The notes beneath the pieces were generated by a model. The model did no database searches and was not told the origin of the DNA. It worked only from the letters and a program-made list of their open reading frames with translations. From positions 1-28,243 of IMG/VR virus record IMGVR_UViG_3300042297_000287: a stretch of 28,243 nt of DNA. One strand, given 5' to 3'. A program made the position numbers and the translations under genes. Each line of letters starts with the position of its first letter. Within the stretch, counting starts at the first letter, position 1. Below are positions 24,304 to 28,243 of the stretch, piece after piece. The stretch comes from a virus (Duplodnaviria; Caudoviricetes).

Positions 24304-25683
24304 ATGACATACGCCGATTATCCAGATGCTGCAAAGAACAACGCACGACGCGCACTCGACCATAAAAAGAATGGCACGGATTGCGGAACGCTTGTAGGAT
24401 GGCAACGTGCGAATCAAATCGCAAATGGTGAGGGATTAAGCGAAGAAACGGTTCAGCGTACATATTCCTTTTTAAGTCGCGCGGAGACGTATGATCAAGG
24501 GAAATACTTTGATGAAGATGGTTCTGAAATTTGCGGCTCAGTAATGTATGACGCATGGGGTGGAAGTGCCATGAGGGTTTGGGCGGAGGCAAAGTACAAG
24601 GCGATACAAAAGAACAAAGCAAAAAACATGGCAAAAGTAAGTATAGATATTTTAGGGGAAATTTCGGAATCGGTTAATTCTTACAATTCAGTAAGAACCA
24701 AAATTAACCAGGCGAACGGGCAGCCAATTAATTTAACAATATCCTCAGGCGGTGGCAGCGTCACCGAAGGCATGGGTATTGCGGATTTAGTGGCAAATTA
24801 TCCCGAAGAAACCACGGCAACAGGAATCGGCTTGGTAGCAAGCATTGCAACGGTTGTACTGTTGGCGGCTGACAATGTTAAAATGACTGAAAACGCCTTC
24901 ATGATGATTCACCGCCCTTGGAGTTATACGATGGGTAACGCCGACGAACTTGAGGCAACGGCTGAATTATTGGACAAGATGGAATCAAAGTTACTTGACA
25001 TTTACACGGCTTCGGTTATTAAACGCAAAGGAGACCAAAAGAACCTAAAAGAAATTATTACGAATATGATGGCAGCTGAGACTTGGCTGACCGCTCAGGA
25101 AGCATTGGAATTTGGCTTCATTGATGAAATTGTGAAAGTTGGCGAAAAAAACATAGACATGTTACCGTTGCAAAATAGCCTAAGCAAATTTCTAAATGTT
25201 CCAGCCGCATTATTAACAAACACAAAAAAAGAAGATGAAATGGGTAATTCTATTTTAGAAAAAATCAAATCCCTTCTTAATAGCATAGACGAAACTCCAC
25301 CCGTGGAAAATGTTATTGAGGAAGAGGAGAAAGTAATCGAAGAGCCTGAGATGGATGAAGTTGAAAAAGCTATTTCCATGTTAAAGGAAAAAGGTTACAT
25401 TGTAATGTCACCCGATGAAATGGATGCCATTAACTCGAAGCAAAAAGAGGAAATGGAATCAATGTACAAAAAGACCGATGAACAAAAGAACTCTATCAAT
25501 GAAATTGAGGCGGTTCTTGAAACATTGGGAAATGAATTGGTTGCACTTCGGGCGCAAGTTAAAAAAGGCGTTGGACTTCCTTCGGGCGGCTCAGCACATG
25601 AAAAAACTCAGGAAACAAAAGCGAAATCGAGTTACTTTGATTCTTTCGCTTCATTAGTTCAAACTAAAATCTCACAAAGATAA
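24304..25683 (+). CDS. ClpP-type prohead protease with extra N-terminal domain and C-terminal scaffold
   Basis: ISSGGGSV, GLVASIA (Ser), MMIHRP (His) and ETWLTAQEALEFGFIDEI motifs. Acidic coiled-coil C-terminus. Confidence 0.9.
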   Translation: MTYADYPDAAKNNARRALDHKKNGTDCGTLVGWQRANQIANGEGLSEETVQRTYSFLSRAETYDQGKYFDEDGSEICGSVMYDAWGGSAMRVWAEAKYKAIQKNKAKNMAKVSIDILGEISESVNSYNSVRTKINQANGQPINLTISSGGGSVTEGMGIADLVANYPEETTATGIGLVASIATVVLLAADNVKMTENAFMMIHRPWSYTMGNADELEATAELLDKMESKLLDIYTASVIKRKGDQKNLKEIITNMMAAETWLTAQEALEFGFIDEIVKVGEKNIDMLPLQNSLSKFLNVPAALLTNTKKEDEMGNSILEKIKSLLNSIDETPPVENVIEEEEKVIEEPEMDEVEKAISMLKEKGYIVMSPDEMDAINSKQKEEMESMYKKTDEQKNSINEIEAVLETLGNELVALRAQVKKGVGLPSGGSAHEKTQETKAKSSYFDSFASLVQTKISQR

Positions 25684-26147
25684 TGGCAACAGCAAACGTT
25701 AATGGTTTTCTCGATTCAAATACATACGTCGGGCAAAACAGTTTAAACCGCACTAACCCTTATGCCAATGCAAATGGAGTAAACGCGGAGCAATTATACG
25801 GCATCGATACCTTTACGGATCGCATTCCCGTTTCCTTCACTTATGGCACTTCCTCAGCTGGAAAGCGTTTAAACTTTGCACCATTGACAGGGGTAACAAG
25901 TGCAAGCGATTTTTACAAGGTTACCGTAATTGACGAATCAGGAAATGAGGCATACGCCAACTGGCAATCCTCAGCACCAACTGCTATTTTACAAATTAAT
26001 ACCTCGGCGTTAAACGCGGGTAATGATTGGAAAGTATTATTTGCCGTAGCAACAACTGCAGGTGCAAAAACAGAGTTTTCATTTGGTATTGAGGATGCTT
26101 TTGTTTTGACAAATACGTCTGCAACCATTTCTTACCCAAACCTTTAA
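25683..26147 (+). CDS. Putative head decoration protein
   Basis: A/S/T-rich beta protein between the scaffold and the capsid gene. Assigned by synteny. Confidence 0.5.
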   Translation: MATANVNGFLDSNTYVGQNSLNRTNPYANANGVNAEQLYGIDTFTDRIPVSFTYGTSSAGKRLNFAPLTGVTSASDFYKVTVIDESGNEAYANWQSSAPTAILQINTSALNAGNDWKVLFAVATTAGAKTEFSFGIEDAFVLTNTSATISYPNL

Positions 26148-26159
26148 AATTAAAAACAA

Positions 26160-27143
26160 ATGGCATTAGTTGAAATAAGCCAACTTGACGTATCCTTCAG
26201 AGGCACGGAGGCAAATAACATTTTTTTAGAGCCAGTCTTTTTTGACGATGATTTACGCGGACAGTTCCGTGTACTTGGAAACGTTGCGAATAAAAAGAAG
26301 ATGGTTTTTGTACAACAGTTGGAAAACATTGTACGTAAATACTCAGGCTGCGGATTTAATCCAGTTGGCTCGGTTGACATTTATCAGCGCACCATTGACG
26401 TTGAAAAAATGAAGGTGGATTTAGAAATGTGTTGGGATGAGTTCGAGGATACCGTTTTCGAGGAGTTATTAAAAACAGGCACAAGGCTTCCAGATGTTTC
26501 GGGAACGTTGATTGAAAACATTCTTTTGACCCGTACACAACAGGCGATAAGAAACGACATTACCCGTCTTTCTTACTTCGGTGACCAGTCAAGCAATAAC
26601 CCTAACTTTGATTCATTAGACGGTTTTTGGACTGTTTATTATCCTCAGTTGGTTACACAAGACTTGGTTCCACGTTGCAACACAGGCTCAGGTACAGACC
26701 TTGGCGCGGGTGACGGCTTCGCAATCCTTCGCGCGGTGTATGACCAAGCTCCTTTGCAGTTGAAAGGTTTACCTGCTAACCAAAAGGTGTTCAATGTTAC
26801 TCAAAGCGTTTATTCTCAGCTTCGTGAGGACATTGAAAACGGCGGTGGTGGTGACTATGGTTTACTTCAGTTGATTAACGGTGTTGAGCAATTTACCTTC
26901 CGTGGCGTAACTGTGATTCCTCAATTCCGTTGGGATGATATTGCAACAGGACTTGGAACAACTAAGCCGCATTACGTTGAATATACTACGCCTCAAAACA
27001 AGGTACTTGCGACCGACGTGTTAAGTCCTGAGACGGCTTTAGAACTTTGGTACGACCAGAAAGACGAAAAGGTGTATATTAAAGCGCGCTTCAAAATGGG
27101 CGTGAATTATATTCACCCATCATTAATCAGCTTAGGCTACTAA
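26160..27143 (+). CDS. Major capsid protein
   Basis: 327 aa after the protease/scaffold. C.F...GSV...QR.I.V.K.KV..E.C..EF, ..DGF and C-terminal YIKARFKMGVNY patterns. Confidence 0.8.
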   Translation: MALVEISQLDVSFRGTEANNIFLEPVFFDDDLRGQFRVLGNVANKKKMVFVQQLENIVRKYSGCGFNPVGSVDIYQRTIDVEKMKVDLEMCWDEFEDTVFEELLKTGTRLPDVSGTLIENILLTRTQQAIRNDITRLSYFGDQSSNNPNFDSLDGFWTVYYPQLVTQDLVPRCNTGSGTDLGAGDGFAILRAVYDQAPLQLKGLPANQKVFNVTQSVYSQLREDIENGGGGDYGLLQLINGVEQFTFRGVTVIPQFRWDDIATGLGTTKPHYVEYTTPQNKVLATDVLSPETALELWYDQKDEKVYIKARFKMGVNYIHPSLISLGY

Positions 27144-27152
27144 TAAAAAAGA

Positions 27153-27701
27153 ATGAGCGCAATAACAAGCGGTTGGCTTAATCAATGTACAGACGGAACG
27201 TGCGCTGGTGGTATTGGTAAGTTTTACATTGCCAATGCTAATCAAGTAACAAGCATTACCAACAACGCATCGGGAGCAACCACGGCAATAACAATGGCTT
27301 CCACGGCTGCCGTTTTTTACGAGATTGAATTTAGGGACAACTCAGGAGCATTCACGGAAACGGTGACGCAAGATCCAGATACTTTGTCAGTAGCCATTGA
27401 ACAAAGTTTGGTAGGAATCATTAATTGCCGCGATCAGGAATTAAGAAACCTTATTCAAGACATGGCGAATCAGGCTTGCGGCTTGGTTTGTGTTCACGTG
27501 GAAAATACTGGGCTTTATTGGATTTGGGGAGTTGAAACCATTGGGGCAAAGAAAAGGGTGGCAAGGTTGACAAGCGCCGAAGGTTTATCTGGTGCATTGT
27601 TTACCGATTCAAACCAAGAGACGCTTACCATTACTTGTAGAACCACGAACAAAGCAAGGTTTATCGTTAACGGCGAAACAGTGATGAACGCCTTAGATTA
27701 A
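27153..27701 (+). CDS. Major tail tube protein
   Basis: C.GGIGKFYIAN, FYEIEF, VHVENTG.YW.WG and TLTIT pattern of Bacteroidota siphovirus tail tubes. Confidence 0.7.
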   Translation: MSAITSGWLNQCTDGTCAGGIGKFYIANANQVTSITNNASGATTAITMASTAAVFYEIEFRDNSGAFTETVTQDPDTLSVAIEQSLVGIINCRDQELRNLIQDMANQACGLVCVHVENTGLYWIWGVETIGAKKRVARLTSAEGLSGALFTDSNQETLTITCRTTNKARFIVNGETVMNALD

Positions 27702-27708
27702 TTTGAAT

Positions 27709-27945
27709 ATGATAGTTAGAGATAAAAGCAAACAAATGCTTTACGTGGGGGCTGACCTTTCGGGCAAAGCTGGAATCATTCGAAAAACTATCGGCGAACT
27801 TTCACAAAACGAATTGAGGGCTTGGTATAAATCAAGCCCTCATGACGTTGGGCAACACGTCATTTATACCCCTGAGAAAAAAAGCTATGAGCCAACAATT
27901 AAAGAAAATACAGGCAGTCCCGAACAGGAACAACAGGGTAAGTAA
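27709..27945 (+). CDS. Hypothetical protein
   Basis: ORF between the tail tube and portal genes. Start is ATG 27709 or TTG 27703. Confidence 0.55.
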   Translation: MIVRDKSKQMLYVGADLSGKAGIIRKTIGELSQNELRAWYKSSPHDVGQHVIYTPEKKSYEPTIKENTGSPEQEQQGK

Positions 27946-28243
27946 ACGGAATCAAAGCCCTTTACTTGCCTCGGTTACATTAGATACTTCCAATACCATG
28001 CTGGTAAAGGAAGATATTTTTAACGAGCCGTCACGGGAAAGGCTTGATTTTACGGGGGCAAAATGGGTAAGGTTCTTCACTCAAAAGGATGACTTTTTAA
28101 AGAGCCTTATTGCCATTGTCAATAATTCGCCGACGTTACGAAGAATAATCGAAGATAAAACAAACATGGTCGTTGGTGACGGCTTCATTCCTATGAAAGG
28201 TAAAGCAAATACATTGCTTACCACTTCCATGAAGGGTGAGGTA
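27887..28243 (+). CDS. Portal protein, N-terminal part (runs off the right edge)
   Basis: Not in the track. Hand translation MSQQLKK...KWVRFF....DFLKSLIAIVNNSPTLRRIIEDKTNMVVGDGF matches the WV.F...L..L...SPT...II..K..M..G.G portal N-terminal pattern. Confidence 0.75.
   Translation, partial: MSQQLKKIQAVPNRNNRVSKRNQSPLLASVTLDTSNTMLVKEDIFNEPSRERLDFTGAKWVRFFTQKDDFLKSLIAIVNNSPTLRRIIEDKTNMVVGDGFIPMKGKANTLLTTSMKGEV

Noticed and set aside
1-28243. Stop-codon reassignment, diversity-generating retroelement or integrase
   Set aside because: Genes are intact in the standard code and end in TAA, TGA and TAG. No reverse transcriptase, template/variable repeat pair or recombinase is seen in the window.

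Overview
28 kb from the middle of a tailed dsDNA phage or prophage, most likely a siphovirus of a Bacteroidota host. The host call is inferred from TAnnTTTG promoter boxes and A-rich start regions without Shine-Dalgarno sites. Two arms diverge from a promoter region at about 8770-8840. The leftward arm carries two tRNA-like RNAs, a glycosyltransferase, a DNA methyltransferase, an HNH-AP2 endonuclease, a replication initiator with internal iterons, a PD-(D/E)XK nuclease, a DUF5664 diphosphohydrolase and dCTP deaminase. The rightward arm carries SSB, a second glycosyltransferase, a ParB-methyltransferase, terminase, a tandem paralog array, a frameshifting tail chaperone, tail genes, tape measure, Clp-type protease/scaffold, capsid, tail tube and the start of the portal. 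The strongest unexplained signal is a roughly 100-nt leader RNA present twice, before the replication initiator and before the methyltransferase. Each copy has a promoter box, three hairpins and a terminator, and a 7-nt loop-loop complementarity that is kept although the loop sequences differ between copies. Also notable are two tandem tRNA-like RNAs without a canonical anticodon loop and a window-wide excess of CACGG and CTCAG. Protein calls come from recognised motifs and synteny, not database searches. All counts are by hand.
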